Part shown: one piece after another, positions 28,828 to 39,626 of the stretch
How the letters are laid out: the number at the start of each line of letters is the position of its first letter
Position numbering within the stretch: position 1 is the first letter of the stretch
Source of the DNA: an uncultured virus (IMG/VR IMGVR_UViG_3300043436_000999)
Taxonomy: Duplodnaviria; Heunggongvirae; Uroviricota; Caudoviricetes
IMG/VR virus record: IMGVR_UViG_3300043436_000999
DNA: 64,000 bases
Direction: 5' to 3' (one strand)
Program-made: the position numbers and the translations under genes
The notes under the pieces: model-generated
Databases searched by the model: none
What the model saw: the letters and a program-made list of their open reading frames with translations, nothing else
What the model was told of the DNA's origin: nothing

Positions 28828-30251
28828 ATGATAAAGCTCGTAATAACAGGTGCGTTTGTTTGACCAGCAAGTACAATAGCTTCGGTATATCCTGCAACTG
28901 TGGTACGGACATAGCTTCCTATAGGCATTGTATTTAGGTTTGTAATAGGAATGGTTACAGAAGAGCTGGCATTTAACCTAAACTTATGAATACCGTAGGT
29001 TACAATACCGGGATCAGTTCCGTTGTTTTTTATTTGTTCTCGTTTATAATAAAACGAGACTGGGGTAGTTGAAGTGTTTGTAACTGTTGTTGTTGGTAGC
29101 CAGGTTGTGGTATTGAGAGTATGACTAAAAGTCAAAGGCCCAATATTTACTGGAACGGTATTAATATTTCCATCACCATCTCCATTTTGTGACTTAAATG
29201 AACCAATGGATGTGGCACCAATCGTTGTAAAAGATGTTGGTAATGTAAATGATCCCGTAATTTCTAAATTACCCGTGATCTTTGTATTACCAATTACGTT
29301 TAAATCACCCTCATTATTCTCATTCTTAGCTCTAATTGTAATACCTTCTAATGCAGAAGAAGTAGAGTTAGAGTAAAGTTGAATATAACGACCAGAAGTG
29401 CTTTGCGTTGGTTGAATTACAAGGTGATTTGTTGAAATCTTAGGGAGTGTAGTAGATGAAGAAAAGATTCTACTTGTTCCAGAACCAGAGTTCATAAGAA
29501 TACCTGAGGCGGCATTGATTGTTCCGCTAAAGGTCTTAACCCCATCAACCGTCATGTTATCTGCCTTAGTTACAACCGCATTCTTAACGTCTGCCCCAAC
29601 AGCTGAGAAGTTTACAGGCACAGCAAAGGTTGCTGCTGTGGTTGTAAGCGTTAATGCTGTGGTGTTTTCTGGCTTAAACACCAACGATGACTCGCCAATT
29701 AAAGATGCGCTGCTACCCAAGGTAACATTAGTTGAGAATGACTTGGCACCAGTGATAATCTGATTGGAGGCGATGTCTACACCACCACCAGCTGATACCC
29801 ATGCTGAACCATTCCAAATGTTTAATGTACCAGCTCCGGTATGATACCAAAGTTGACCAGTATCAGCTGCATCAACCGTTGGTGAAGTATTTTGGTAATA
29901 AATCTGACCAGCCTTGTTGAGAATACCCCTAGCATTGAACGCAGTAAGAACTACGTCTGAACTATTCGTAAGTTCGAATAGATTGTTTACTTGAGATACG
30001 TTGGCCTTGATGCCAAGCTTTCTGGTTGTTGGATTATAGGTAAGACCAACACCAGCTGTAGGAATGTTTTGATTTGTGACGTTTCGATCTAAGAAGACAA
30101 CTTCTTGATCGTGATTCACCCCGTTGTCAATGCCAACGGTTCCCATGGTGATCATTGTCCAAGCATTATTAGAACTGGAGTACTGCCATTGAACAGTACC
30201 CTCAGTGTATGTGGCTCCATCTGCGGGAGCGTTTGGAAAGTTAATAGCCAA
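28815..30251 (-). CDS. Tail fibre / spike protein
   Basis: AINFPNAPADGATY start (TTG after GAGG), GQLWYHT...NIWNGSAW and ITGAKSFS/VDGVKTFS repeats. Confidence 0.75.
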   Translation of the reverse strand: MAINFPNAPADGATYTEGTVQWQYSSSNNAWTMITMGTVGIDNGVNHDQEVVFLDRNVTNQNIPTAGVGLTYNPTTRKLGIKANVSQVNNLFELTNSSDVVLTAFNARGILNKAGQIYYQNTSPTVDAADTGQLWYHTGAGTLNIWNGSAWVSAGGGVDIASNQIITGAKSFSTNVTLGSSASLIGESSLVFKPENTTALTLTTTAATFAVPVNFSAVGADVKNAVVTKADNMTVDGVKTFSGTINAASGILMNSGSGTSRIFSSSTTLPKISTNHLVIQPTQSTSGRYIQLYSNSTSSALEGITIRAKNENNEGDLNVIGNTKITGNLEITGSFTLPTSFTTIGATSIGSFKSQNGDGDGNINTVPVNIGPLTFSHTLNTTTWLPTTTVTNTSTTPVSFYYKREQIKNNGTDPGIVTYGIHKFRLNASSSVTIPITNLNTMPIGSYVRTTVAGYTEAIVLAGQTNAPVITSFIICPG

Positions 30252-30258
30252 GAATGCC

Positions 30259-31164
30259 TCACAATGCGGGTGAGGAAACATCGACCCAATAGCCAATGTC
30301 TCCGTTGTGTGTATCTAGTAGTCCAGTATACCGATCATCTGGAATGTATACAAACAACCGACCAGTTGATGTATTGAACCAGATTGAACCATGCTTATAT
30401 AGACCATCGCCGCTTGTTGTTCTAACAGGTGCGGTAGCCTTAGAGAAGAATGATCCGGGTAGTACGGACGTTGAGGAAGGACGCTGTGATGTGGTTAGCA
30501 AACTACTTGAATCAAGAGTTGCAATACCGTTAGCTTGACCAAGTTTGCTTGTGACGGCTGTGTTAATAGCGTTGTCTACGTATGCCTTGGTTGCTGCATC
30601 AGAGGATGACGTTGGAGTTGCGATGTTCGTTAGTTTCTTAGCATTGCAATTCAAGTCTTCTGCCAGAGGATTAACGATAGCATCAAAATCATCACGACCG
30701 ATCTTATCGCTTAAGGAATTCTTAAGTTCTTGCGACACAGCCAAGAGCTGTGATGTATTAAGATTGAGTTGGTCAGCTGTAATTCTTGATCCAGTTACCC
30801 AATCAACATAAGGCTCTGATGAAACCACAGAGCGTAAAACGATTAGAGGTTCTGCCGCAACAAGAGCTGGGTATGCCACCGTAGCACCTGTACTTAGGGT
30901 ATAGGTTGCTGCGGGAGGAATAGAGATTCCTGTAATCTGTCTTGTTGTGGTATTGATTGTAAGCCAAGAGGAAGCGATTTGACCAAGACCGCGATAGTCA
31001 TCAATGGTTAAGGATGACCCGTAGATAGAGTCAATGTTTGGTCTAAATACTAACAACTGTTCTTGCATTCCGATACCATCTGCCATTGTTAGGGCTGAGA
31101 AGGAGATCGGTAACACATACGTTGTTTGTACTGTTGTTGTTACTGAAGTCTGATTTGTAGGCAT
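30259..31164 (-). CDS. Tail fibre adaptor protein with T7 gp17-like N-terminal domain
   Basis: VDWVTGSRITADQLNLNTSQLLAVSQE resembles the gp17 N-terminal motif; DAATKAYVD repeat. Confidence 0.8.
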   Translation of the reverse strand: MPTNQTSVTTTVQTTYVLPISFSALTMADGIGMQEQLLVFRPNIDSIYGSSLTIDDYRGLGQIASSWLTINTTTRQITGISIPPAATYTLSTGATVAYPALVAAEPLIVLRSVVSSEPYVDWVTGSRITADQLNLNTSQLLAVSQELKNSLSDKIGRDDFDAIVNPLAEDLNCNAKKLTNIATPTSSSDAATKAYVDNAINTAVTSKLGQANGIATLDSSSLLTTSQRPSSTSVLPGSFFSKATAPVRTTSGDGLYKHGSIWFNTSTGRLFVYIPDDRYTGLLDTHNGDIGYWVDVSSPAL

Positions 31165-31167
31165 AGA

Positions 31168-33819
31168 TTATCTCAATGATTTTGATTTCTTATTAAAGGT
31201 TCCTCTAAACTCTAGTTGGGTTATGTTACATGGAGTAACACCATCAGAGATTAAACGAACCGTTGTCTCATCAGAAAACCCAAATACCTTAGCAACAAAC
31301 GTTCCGTTACCTTCTCTGTATTCTGTGGTTTCGGTATTGGTTGCAGAGAATTCACTGATAAGTGGTGTTGGTCTTCCACGTCTGGTTACTTCAACGCGGT
31401 ATGTACCTGTGTCGTTGTGCCTGATGTGTAAGGTCTTAAGATTTGCAACACCCTCAATAATGTTTCCATCATTCTGTCTGTAGTATTGCTTGGACAACTC
31501 AACATTCATTCTAAAACCAGAACCAACAAAGACTGTCTTTCCTACATGGTCTGGTAAAGAAATACCAGCAATAGTAAGCTCAGTACTAAAACCAACAACG
31601 GAGCTAGAAGATGCCTTAAAGACTGATCCAGCTAGACCTTCCCAATCTTCTTCCAACACCACATAGATATCTTGTGTGGTATCCAAGACGTAAGGTATTA
31701 CAAGTGTAGATGTCATACCAACACTTGTGCAATTGCTTTCGGTTAGAACAATGTCTGAGAAGTTATCTAGTCTTGGGTTTTCGTGGTCTTCTAAATCATG
31801 TGCAAGCAAATACCAAGCAGTTGCATTAGTTGTCTGTCTCTTGGTAATAGCATACAGAATTGTTTTATGGGTATTGATGCTTTGAATATCTTCAACATCC
31901 GATAGTGTATATCGCCAGAAGGCTGATTGACGCAACTCATCACCCATGAAACGTGAGCCATAGAAGTAAAGGTGGTGTGTGTTTGCACCGTCTACAGCAA
32001 TGAGTTGGTTGTTAGCTGTGGCTACAGCGATTGATTTAAAGGTAGACGGCAAGTAGCCTCGAATACCCTGTGATAAATCAAAGGCGGTATTAAACTCTCT
32101 GCTGTCTTGATTCAAGTAAATGTACAATCTCTGGCTATCCCAGAAGTAGATATTACTGCCAAGGTTAATTGGATCAACAAGTTCAGCTGTAGAATAGAAT
32201 GTTGTCGCAGAGATTTCTGCTGTGAGTGGAGAGATTAGATTATTCTCACCCTTTAGTTCGAACTGAACATTTGACTTTGTATTGATAAAGAGATAGGCAT
32301 TGAATGGAATCATCGCTGTAACTTCAGCGTATGAGTTACTCGCTGCGCGAATATCAATTGGGTCAGCTGTAGTTACATTTGATGGATCTTTAATCCATAG
32401 GTCTTCTAATACACCAAGCTGAGATGAGAAGATAATATCACCAGCGGCAATAAACAACCTATCTCTAAAATTAGCAAGAGCTGTTAGTTGAATGTGTCTT
32501 GCTTGTCTCGTTGATGTGAGGAATGGCGAAGGTCCGGGATTTGTTTCCCGATCTCCAATAGTTCTCGCAGCCCAATCAATAGGTGCCATCGTGAACTTAC
32601 CGTTGTTGAACGTAATCCTCTGTGGCATTCTTGCTTTATCAAGAACGCTGCAGTGATCGGGAGTTCGTACACGTTGCGTATATGGCTTTCCCGGACCAAC
32701 AACAGAACCGCCATAAGCTTCTGTTTCTGGAAAAGAAACAATACGGTAATAGCCAGCATCAACTGAAAGATATGGAGCTGCGGTAAAATAAATCTTTCCG
32801 TCACCATCCTGTGAAGAACCAAGCGGTGCGTCTGGATCGTATAAAAGATCCAACATGGTCTTAGCTTTATCGTTTACAGGAACTGTATCTAAGTTTTTAT
32901 TAATTGCCTTCCAGTCATTCTTATCCGGTGGGAAGCGAATCTCAGAGAAGTTAGCCATTGATTGACCCAACCAAGGCTTATCAAAATCACCGTAGATATA
33001 ATCTTCAACTGGAATCTGCTTAGGAATAAAGTTAGCATCCCATGCTTCACCGTCATTTAATATTGTACCCTCTGGATACAACCTACCAGCTGTCGTCTTA
33101 CGAATGCGAGCAGATGTAAAATATGTAATAGCACGACCAATTAAATCGTCTTCAGTTGTTTCTTGGCCGTTTAAGTCTATAGCCTTACCATTAGTTCCTG
33201 ATGTAAATCCAGCATATACTTTGGTATTCAACATTAAAATTGATGTACCAAATTGTAATGACTTTAAGATTTCTTGTGCGTTTCCATCAGCGTGGGTAAG
33301 ATAAGCTCTTGAGTATCGTGAAATAATACCGCGAGATTTAACAGTATTGTACTTAACAATCGGAGTATCTAAACCACCTTCTTGTAATGAGAGTTGGTAA
33401 ATTGGATACCTAACATCGCTAGCTAGAATTGGATCGACACCATTCCATATCAAGGCTGGGTCTTCTGAATCCCATTGAAAGTTTGGTGTTTCGTTTACCC
33501 AACCATCGCTTGTGAGTTTAACAACATACAAGATATTAGTTGTTGCACCAGATGCGCTACGGTCAACGATTAAGAGATATCTGTTTTCATCGTTAATAGT
33601 ATACCAAACGAATGATGGGTCTACAGTTAACGGAAGAAAAGATAGATCATAGTTTCCGGTATTGCTATCAAGAACCTTAAAGCCAGCCCGCTTCTCAATA
33701 GACTTCTCTACTGTGACGAAGCAGTTATCAATCTCCTGTGCCTCAAAGGGAGTACGCTTTGAGTCTGGCTGTCGGCTTACACCCCCGCTTAATGAGTAAA
33801 CAGGAATTGTTATTTTCAT
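31168..33819 (-). CDS. Tail tubular protein B (T7 gp12-like nozzle)
   Basis: SLSGGVSRQPD N-terminus, FRDRLF, DPIDI and QSAFWRY motifs; follows gp11. Confidence 0.9.
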   Translation of the reverse strand: MKITIPVYSLSGGVSRQPDSKRTPFEAQEIDNCFVTVEKSIEKRAGFKVLDSNTGNYDLSFLPLTVDPSFVWYTINDENRYLLIVDRSASGATTNILYVVKLTSDGWVNETPNFQWDSEDPALIWNGVDPILASDVRYPIYQLSLQEGGLDTPIVKYNTVKSRGIISRYSRAYLTHADGNAQEILKSLQFGTSILMLNTKVYAGFTSGTNGKAIDLNGQETTEDDLIGRAITYFTSARIRKTTAGRLYPEGTILNDGEAWDANFIPKQIPVEDYIYGDFDKPWLGQSMANFSEIRFPPDKNDWKAINKNLDTVPVNDKAKTMLDLLYDPDAPLGSSQDGDGKIYFTAAPYLSVDAGYYRIVSFPETEAYGGSVVGPGKPYTQRVRTPDHCSVLDKARMPQRITFNNGKFTMAPIDWAARTIGDRETNPGPSPFLTSTRQARHIQLTALANFRDRLFIAAGDIIFSSQLGVLEDLWIKDPSNVTTADPIDIRAASNSYAEVTAMIPFNAYLFINTKSNVQFELKGENNLISPLTAEISATTFYSTAELVDPINLGSNIYFWDSQRLYIYLNQDSREFNTAFDLSQGIRGYLPSTFKSIAVATANNQLIAVDGANTHHLYFYGSRFMGDELRQSAFWRYTLSDVEDIQSINTHKTILYAITKRQTTNATAWYLLAHDLEDHENPRLDNFSDIVLTESNCTSVGMTSTLVIPYVLDTTQDIYVVLEEDWEGLAGSVFKASSSSVVGFSTELTIAGISLPDHVGKTVFVGSGFRMNVELSKQYYRQNDGNIIEGVANLKTLHIRHNDTGTYRVEVTRRGRPTPLISEFSATNTETTEYREGNGTFVAKVFGFSDETTVRLISDGVTPCNITQLEFRGTFNKKSKSLR

Positions 33820-34475
33820 ATTAGTCCTCGTCTAATTGCGGCAGGATCTGTACCAAAGTATGGCGGTCGTTTGCCAGCTGCATAAGAGACATCGTTTGCC
33901 CAAATGGTTCTTTGCTTTGCTGAGATATCGTTTGCACGTGACCGCATACGATCAAGCATTTCGCGCTGTGCCAAGTAGTTGTCTACGGCTGGATCTGCTT
34001 GAGTATATAGCTGATACTTTCTGGTAGCAGCTGAAAGAATTGTACGTTGAGAGTTTGTATCTAGTTGGTCGTATTGTAAGAAGTTAATCTGTTCAATACG
34101 ATAATCACCATCTACCCAAACATCTGTGTCTTCTGTCATGTTCCAAAGCTTTGGAGGATTTCCCTCTTGTACTCTGGCAACGATGGCTGAACCATCTTCT
34201 GTTTGGTGTAACGATAATAACTTAGCATCGAGTACGCCACCAAAGTCTGTATTTGGATAACCCAAAAGAATGTATCCTTGAGCATCTGGCTGTACTGTCT
34301 TAATGATCTTGTTATTAGCTAAACCTCTTAATTGATATTCAAGTGAGGCTTGGTCTAAGAGAAATTCTGAAATTCCTGTATCAATACCACTTGCTTCGTT
34401 AAGATCCGCAACAAGCGATTCTCCAGCAGCAAGCAGCATTTGATTTACTGCATCTAGTTTAGTTAAGTATCCCAT
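33816..34475 (-). CDS. Tail tubular protein A (T7 gp11-like adaptor)
   Basis: TKLDAVNQMLLAAGE N-terminal motif; follows the capsid gene. Confidence 0.9.
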   Translation of the reverse strand: MGYLTKLDAVNQMLLAAGESLVADLNEASGIDTGISEFLLDQASLEYQLRGLANNKIIKTVQPDAQGYILLGYPNTDFGGVLDAKLLSLHQTEDGSAIVARVQEGNPPKLWNMTEDTDVWVDGDYRIEQINFLQYDQLDTNSQRTILSAATRKYQLYTQADPAVDNYLAQREMLDRMRSRANDISAKQRTIWANDVSYAAGKRPPYFGTDPAAIRRGLI

Positions 34476-34492
34476 GTTGTTTACCTTTCTGA

Positions 34493-34532
34493 GAAAGAAA
34501 AAAACCAAGAGTCCCCTTTCGAGGACTCTTGG
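34493..34532 (-). terminator. Intrinsic terminator after the major capsid gene (T-phi analogue)
   Basis: Minus strand CCAAGAGTCC-TCGAAAGG-GGACTCTTGG followed by a run of T. Confidence 0.85.
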
Positions 34533-34586
34533 CTAGATATATGATCACCGTTCCATTACAAAAGTAATAGAAGTATCCTACACTAA

Positions 34587-35981
34587 TTATGCGTAGGGGA
34601 AGGCTGCCGCTGCGGTGTTTACAACTTCTCTGCTGAAGTTTCCGCCGAAGTTGCAACGAAGGCCGTGACGTGCCTTGGATGCAGCAAGGCCACCAGAGCC
34701 AGCTGCTTGAAGGTAGCTTGCTACAGTGCTTCCAGTAGCTGGGGCGCCACCACCAAGGAAGAAGTTTGCGTTTGCTGGTGAACCTGTTGTTGCACCGGCA
34801 AAGTTTGCTTCAGTAACTTCAGTTGCTGCCCAGTTATCTGCGGTTGGCTTAACAAGAACTGCGGCGCATTCTGGACGGAGAACGCCAGTACCAGCCATCA
34901 TGCTTGCGACAGTGAAGGTGGTGTTGCGACGGATATCATCAAGGGTATCAACCTTGAGACCTTGCAACTTGAGAGCTGCAACCGCGCTGCGTTGGAAGAG
35001 AAGACCGCATACACCAGCAGTACCGAATGTGAGGTTGTAACGTGCTTCACCAATACCAGAGAAGTTAGCAGTTGGGAGGTGGTTGCTCTTGATGATACGA
35101 ACACCCATGTACTCAAGTGAGTCCGTGAGACCGTTCATACCCTGTGCGAGAGCGGCACCAAGACCGCCAGCTGCAGCAACCCCACCGAACATTGGTTGCA
35201 TGCTGACGGTTTCTGCTGCTGCACGTGCAACACCAAGCGCACGGATGTCTTGGAATGCGCGTGGTTCGACAGCGAGGTAAACGCCATCAGTTGGTGCGTT
35301 GATCGTCTGTAGGTATACAACGAAATCTTCGCAAGCTTGGAGAGCTGCGAGAGCTGCGTTTGCGCGGTCTGATGAAGCAGAAGCTGAACGACCGAGGTCG
35401 AAGAACTTACCATTTAGGAAGACTGGACCAGCTGGAAGTGAGCGTGGATCATCTGTGTTTAGAAGGGTACCATCAGTACCAACCCATGCGGTGCCAGCGA
35501 AGCTGATATCTTCAGCTGCTGCTCTTGCAATGTAAGCAGCAATTTGCTTATCACGTGCATTAGCAAGGGTGAGACCAGCTTGACGTGCAAGCTCAGAGCG
35601 GAATTCCCACTGAGTTTGCATGAGGTCTACGTTGTCGAGTTCGAAGTGTGCTGCGATTGGACGCTTATCAAGCTTGATAGCGATGGTCGCAGAGGTGCTG
35701 TCGGTTGTTGAACCAACGAGTTCCTTACCAGCGGCCCATGCAGCGTTGAGAGCTACGGTACCAGTGATCGGGAATTCCATAGCAACGCCGTTGCTGATGG
35801 TCTTTGAATCAACGAGTGACTCAAACATGTTGTATTCATCGTAAGCGTGAATGGTTTCACCAGACCAAATGCTGAGCCAGAGTTTATTCTGACCAGCGAT
35901 TGGACCTGCGATTCCTGCGTCGAGGTTTGATCTGAATGGAATATCTGCTGCTACTAGTTCTGTATTTGATGCACCTGGCAT
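34587..35981 (-). CDS. Major capsid protein (T7 gp10-like) with C-terminal extension
   Basis: LWLSIWSGE, TISNGVAMEFPITG, GLTLANARD, GVRIIKSNHLP and GTGVLRPECA motifs. Confidence 0.92.
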   Translation of the reverse strand: MPGASNTELVAADIPFRSNLDAGIAGPIAGQNKLWLSIWSGETIHAYDEYNMFESLVDSKTISNGVAMEFPITGTVALNAAWAAGKELVGSTTDSTSATIAIKLDKRPIAAHFELDNVDLMQTQWEFRSELARQAGLTLANARDKQIAAYIARAAAEDISFAGTAWVGTDGTLLNTDDPRSLPAGPVFLNGKFFDLGRSASASSDRANAALAALQACEDFVVYLQTINAPTDGVYLAVEPRAFQDIRALGVARAAAETVSMQPMFGGVAAAGGLGAALAQGMNGLTDSLEYMGVRIIKSNHLPTANFSGIGEARYNLTFGTAGVCGLLFQRSAVAALKLQGLKVDTLDDIRRNTTFTVASMMAGTGVLRPECAAVLVKPTADNWAATEVTEANFAGATTGSPANANFFLGGGAPATGSTVASYLQAAGSGGLAASKARHGLRCNFGGNFSREVVNTAAAAFPYA

Positions 35982-35995
35982 GTTTTATATCCTTA

Positions 35996-36874
35996 TTATC
36001 TTAATGAATTGAAATCTGTTTTTGCCATGCGGGTTTCTACCGCTTGGCGGAATCGTGGATCACCCGCGAATCGGGGGTCTCTACGATCCTTATAAAATTC
36101 TGCTTTGGAAGCATACGCTCCAAGCGTTGGGGTAGCCGTCGTAGCACCAACCTTTTGGGATGATGGTGCCTTAACTGGCTCATTTGCGGTTGGCTTCTTT
36201 GCTGCTGCGGATTGATACTTAGCGTTCAATCCAAGCAAAGCTACCTCCCAAGAAGGTGAAGACAATGCGGCATTCACAGACTTCTGGTCTTCGGCTGAAA
36301 GGTTCTTACTTGCCCAATCGAATACACGGGCGAGTTGATCCTTTCCTCCTACAACCTCTGCTGCGCTGCCGTATGCCTGTTGCAGACGGGCCTTCTGTCC
36401 CGCTAAGAAATCATCAATAACGTAGTCTGGTAGCTTTGTCTTCGTCTTGATTGCTTCACGTGACTCATTAGATAGAGTGCCGTTGACAGCAACTTCAGTT
36501 GAATACTTGTTCCATTCATCCTTAGTGAGAATTTCTGTCTGCTGTGGTGAAGGAGGTTGCTCCGGTAGCTTATCTGGAATGCGAAGTTCCTCCGGAATCA
36601 CAGGAGCTGGGGCTTCCTTTGGTTGCTCTGGAGCTTCGGGTGTTGCTACTGGAATCTGCTTCTTAAGGTCAGAGATTTCCTGTCGAGCCTTGGTATACTC
36701 TTTTTGAGCAGACTTAAGGGCGTTGAACCAATCCCCGACAGACTTGAAGTTGTCTGGTACTTGGATTTGGTTTTGAATAACGTGTGTTTCAAACGCCTTA
36801 GCCTCGCGGTCAACAGGTGTTGAAACCGCTGATTGTTCCACTGCTTGTGGAGTCGTTGGTTCTGTGTTTTCCAT
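35996..36874 (-). CDS. Capsid scaffolding protein (T7 gp9-like)
   Basis: VGGKDQLARVFDWASKNLS and C-terminal DPRFAGDPRFRQAVE motifs; directly upstream of the capsid gene. Confidence 0.9.
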   Translation of the reverse strand: MENTEPTTPQAVEQSAVSTPVDREAKAFETHVIQNQIQVPDNFKSVGDWFNALKSAQKEYTKARQEISDLKKQIPVATPEAPEQPKEAPAPVIPEELRIPDKLPEQPPSPQQTEILTKDEWNKYSTEVAVNGTLSNESREAIKTKTKLPDYVIDDFLAGQKARLQQAYGSAAEVVGGKDQLARVFDWASKNLSAEDQKSVNAALSSPSWEVALLGLNAKYQSAAAKKPTANEPVKAPSSQKVGATTATPTLGAYASKAEFYKDRRDPRFAGDPRFRQAVETRMAKTDFNSLR

Positions 36875-36876
36875 AA

Positions 36877-38613
36877 TTAACTTGTCGTAATAGTTACAGT
36901 TGGTTTAGTTTGACCAAAGTACCAAGCACCTCTTGTAGTTGGTCCTACTTGATACTTTGTTCCATCGGGTAGGTTAATGAAAGAATTGCCACTACCATCT
37001 ATAATGTGAGGAGGTACTGTAATTCTCCAAACATTTTGGCCTTTCTTTGGTCCGTGCTGAATTGTTCCACCCGTAACAATACCCTTGTTGGTTAAACAAT
37101 CAGCTAATACATATCTATCTGGCGGGGCGTACTGATTACCAGTAGAGTCACATGGTCGTAAGCCACCGTTATCTGTAATTCGTTTAATCTCAACAAGAAT
37201 ATCAGATGGCAATACGTATGGGTTTTCTCCTTCTGGGATCTGACCCTCTCCGGGGAAAATGCAGAAAGGATTGCAACCCAATAAAGCAAGGTGGTAATAC
37301 AACTCAATGGCATAACGATCATCAAACCGATAGAATGATGGATTATACTGCCAGTGTGGTGTGCCTACCCATGCGGCCCAATCCCGTCTATAGTTTACTC
37401 TAGATGTTTCAACAGCCTCAGCAAGATCTCCCATGAAGGAGTACATGACGCGGCCAGGATCTCCAGCTAAAGCATTGGTTAAAACGCCACCATCACCTGT
37501 TCGAACAAAACCATATCTTTGAATATCAGTCGTTGGTGCTGGGTGATATCCAAAGACTGTTGGCATGTTGCTAGCGTGTCCGTATAGCTCCGGCGCTCCT
37601 CGACAGAGAGGGTGTGCTAAATAGTTTTCTGCATAGTGTTGTGCGCGAATGAGCCAAGGAGTTTCCCACGGCTCTCCACCAATAACACCGTAGTCAGAAT
37701 AGAATCCAGTAAACCACGGCTTTTGAATGGTCTCTTTTAGAACTAACTCTACACGTTGTCGAATATGAACGCGGCCCATCATTCTTCTCCACGCATACCA
37801 GAGAGGATTTCTATTGGTAGTGTATGGATTAATTCCTGGATTTGCTACTGTAATGTTCCAATCAGCGTACGCAGTCTGAACAGCCGATAGTGTATTAGCT
37901 ATTGGAGAGGATGGTCTCGCAATGTTTGTGTAATAGACTAACAACTCTCTCATGCTTTGATTTGTAACTGGATCACCATACAATGGATTCTCAAATCGTG
38001 CGTCGTTTATAATAGAGAATGGTACTCTAGCATCCTTATCTGTCATCCAAGTTGGTGCAGTCCAACCAGGATCTGCTATAATTTGATTGCTGTTTATCGC
38101 CCACAAACGCCATTGTTCTTGATCATCTACGATATAATCAAACGTTGCGTCGTTTGTTTCGCACAACTCTACCCACTTGGTCCACGTGGTTTTAAAGTCA
38201 ACGGATTGGTGTAAACGTTGGAACGGGGAATTTATGAAAGTACCAGCAGCACCGTGTGCTGCCATTTGCTGTCCAAGTGTTTTATAGTAGTTACTGTTTG
38301 CGCGATCATTACCACCAAGAGTGTCATCCAACCAATACTGTGGCATGATAACACGTCTTCCCTTAGGGAATTGTTTAACCTTATCAATATAAGATGTTAC
38401 AGCTGTTGGTAAGTTTGTTGTTCCGGTGTGGTCAGATCGACGTACTCCACCGTTTAGGGTTTGAGGAACCAGCCAAACAACGGCTGGTGTTGATGGACCT
38501 AAGCGACTTAGGTCTGTTTCTGTAAACCACGACACGCCCCAGATAGCAAAAGATCTTGCATCCTCATACGCCGCAGTACCAAAACTGGTTGGGTTATATG
38601 TAATAAAGGGCAT
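36877..38613 (-). CDS. Hypothetical Trp/Tyr-rich protein, possibly glycoside-hydrolase-like, inserted between portal and scaffold
   Basis: 578-aa ORF, aromatic-rich, with a DYIVDDQE acidic strand motif. Function is inferred only. Confidence 0.5.
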   Translation of the reverse strand: MPFITYNPTSFGTAAYEDARSFAIWGVSWFTETDLSRLGPSTPAVVWLVPQTLNGGVRRSDHTGTTNLPTAVTSYIDKVKQFPKGRRVIMPQYWLDDTLGGNDRANSNYYKTLGQQMAAHGAAGTFINSPFQRLHQSVDFKTTWTKWVELCETNDATFDYIVDDQEQWRLWAINSNQIIADPGWTAPTWMTDKDARVPFSIINDARFENPLYGDPVTNQSMRELLVYYTNIARPSSPIANTLSAVQTAYADWNITVANPGINPYTTNRNPLWYAWRRMMGRVHIRQRVELVLKETIQKPWFTGFYSDYGVIGGEPWETPWLIRAQHYAENYLAHPLCRGAPELYGHASNMPTVFGYHPAPTTDIQRYGFVRTGDGGVLTNALAGDPGRVMYSFMGDLAEAVETSRVNYRRDWAAWVGTPHWQYNPSFYRFDDRYAIELYYHLALLGCNPFCIFPGEGQIPEGENPYVLPSDILVEIKRITDNGGLRPCDSTGNQYAPPDRYVLADCLTNKGIVTGGTIQHGPKKGQNVWRITVPPHIIDGSGNSFINLPDGTKYQVGPTTRGAWYFGQTKPTVTITTS

Positions 38614-38624
38614 ATGAAATCCTA

Positions 38625-39626
38625 TTATGCGATAGTTTTTAAAATTGAATTATAAATTCTTATAGAATCTTGCGGCGATGTTGCCAATCTTCGTCTTATT
38701 TCCGTTCCGGCATAAGCTCTAAAGGTTGGGTTTACATTATCAGCTGATAGCTCGTCGGTTGAAGAACTATAAATAACAGTCGATACCGGGTCTGGTCGAG
38801 AATCTGAAATTAAACGATAATCAGATGCCCTTAAAAAGAAAACGGGATTTTCATTTAAAACCCATGTAACCTCAGACCCATAATTATCAACTACAATAGA
38901 CATATCGGATCTATTAAAAATACTTACTTCCGTGTCCCTGTAAGCGCGTTCAACATACAATGTGTTTGTATCTGCTGTTGATGTTTGAATATACCAACTA
39001 CATCTCCACTTTCCAGCACTGTTGGGACGAAATACACAACCCTTTTCTATCGTTAAACCCGTACCGGTAAATGTTGCGCCATTGTGTGAACCACTAAAAC
39101 CAACAATAGTTGAATTAATATTCCAGTTTGCAAGTGTAAATGCTTCAACTTGTGCGGAAACAGTTAATATAGATGTTTTAAAATTCCTACAACTCCAAGA
39201 GGTTGGATCTACAGCACCAAAAGCATCAGCCTCATTAATTAATCTGGCTCTTGAGTATAGTGTTCCAGCAACATCTGTTGCAATTTTAATATAACTTGGA
39301 TTAGTTAAATCAATAACACCAGCGCCAGCAGCTGGAGGGGTAGTGGCAAAAAAGGTATTTGCAACATTACCGGATTGTGAATTCTGTGTTGTATAGGAAT
39401 CTAGATAAGTAATCTTTTCATTTAAAAGCCTATCTGCATCCATTACAGATCCGTTTTGAGTTAATAAACCGCTTACCACTTCTCGCGCTGCCCCAAGAGA
39501 ACTATAGCGTCCTATCAATACCGTCTTATTTACTTTTAACAGTGTTGTATTAGCGCCAACATAATAGTCAACGTATTTAATACCGTCTTTAAATTGACGG
39601 GCTCCACCAAGACGTTCGTAATTCAT
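38625..39626 (-). CDS. Hypothetical beta-rich protein (possible lectin/jelly-roll head decoration)
   Basis: 333-aa ORF coupled to the portal stop codon; Thr/Ser/Asn-rich and AT-rich. Confidence 0.5.
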   Translation of the reverse strand: MNYERLGGARQFKDGIKYVDYYVGANTTLLKVNKTVLIGRYSSLGAAREVVSGLLTQNGSVMDADRLLNEKITYLDSYTTQNSQSGNVANTFFATTPPAAGAGVIDLTNPSYIKIATDVAGTLYSRARLINEADAFGAVDPTSWSCRNFKTSILTVSAQVEAFTLANWNINSTIVGFSGSHNGATFTGTGLTIEKGCVFRPNSAGKWRCSWYIQTSTADTNTLYVERAYRDTEVSIFNRSDMSIVVDNYGSEVTWVLNENPVFFLRASDYRLISDSRPDPVSTVIYSSSTDELSADNVNPTFRAYAGTEIRRRLATSPQDSIRIYNSILKTIA

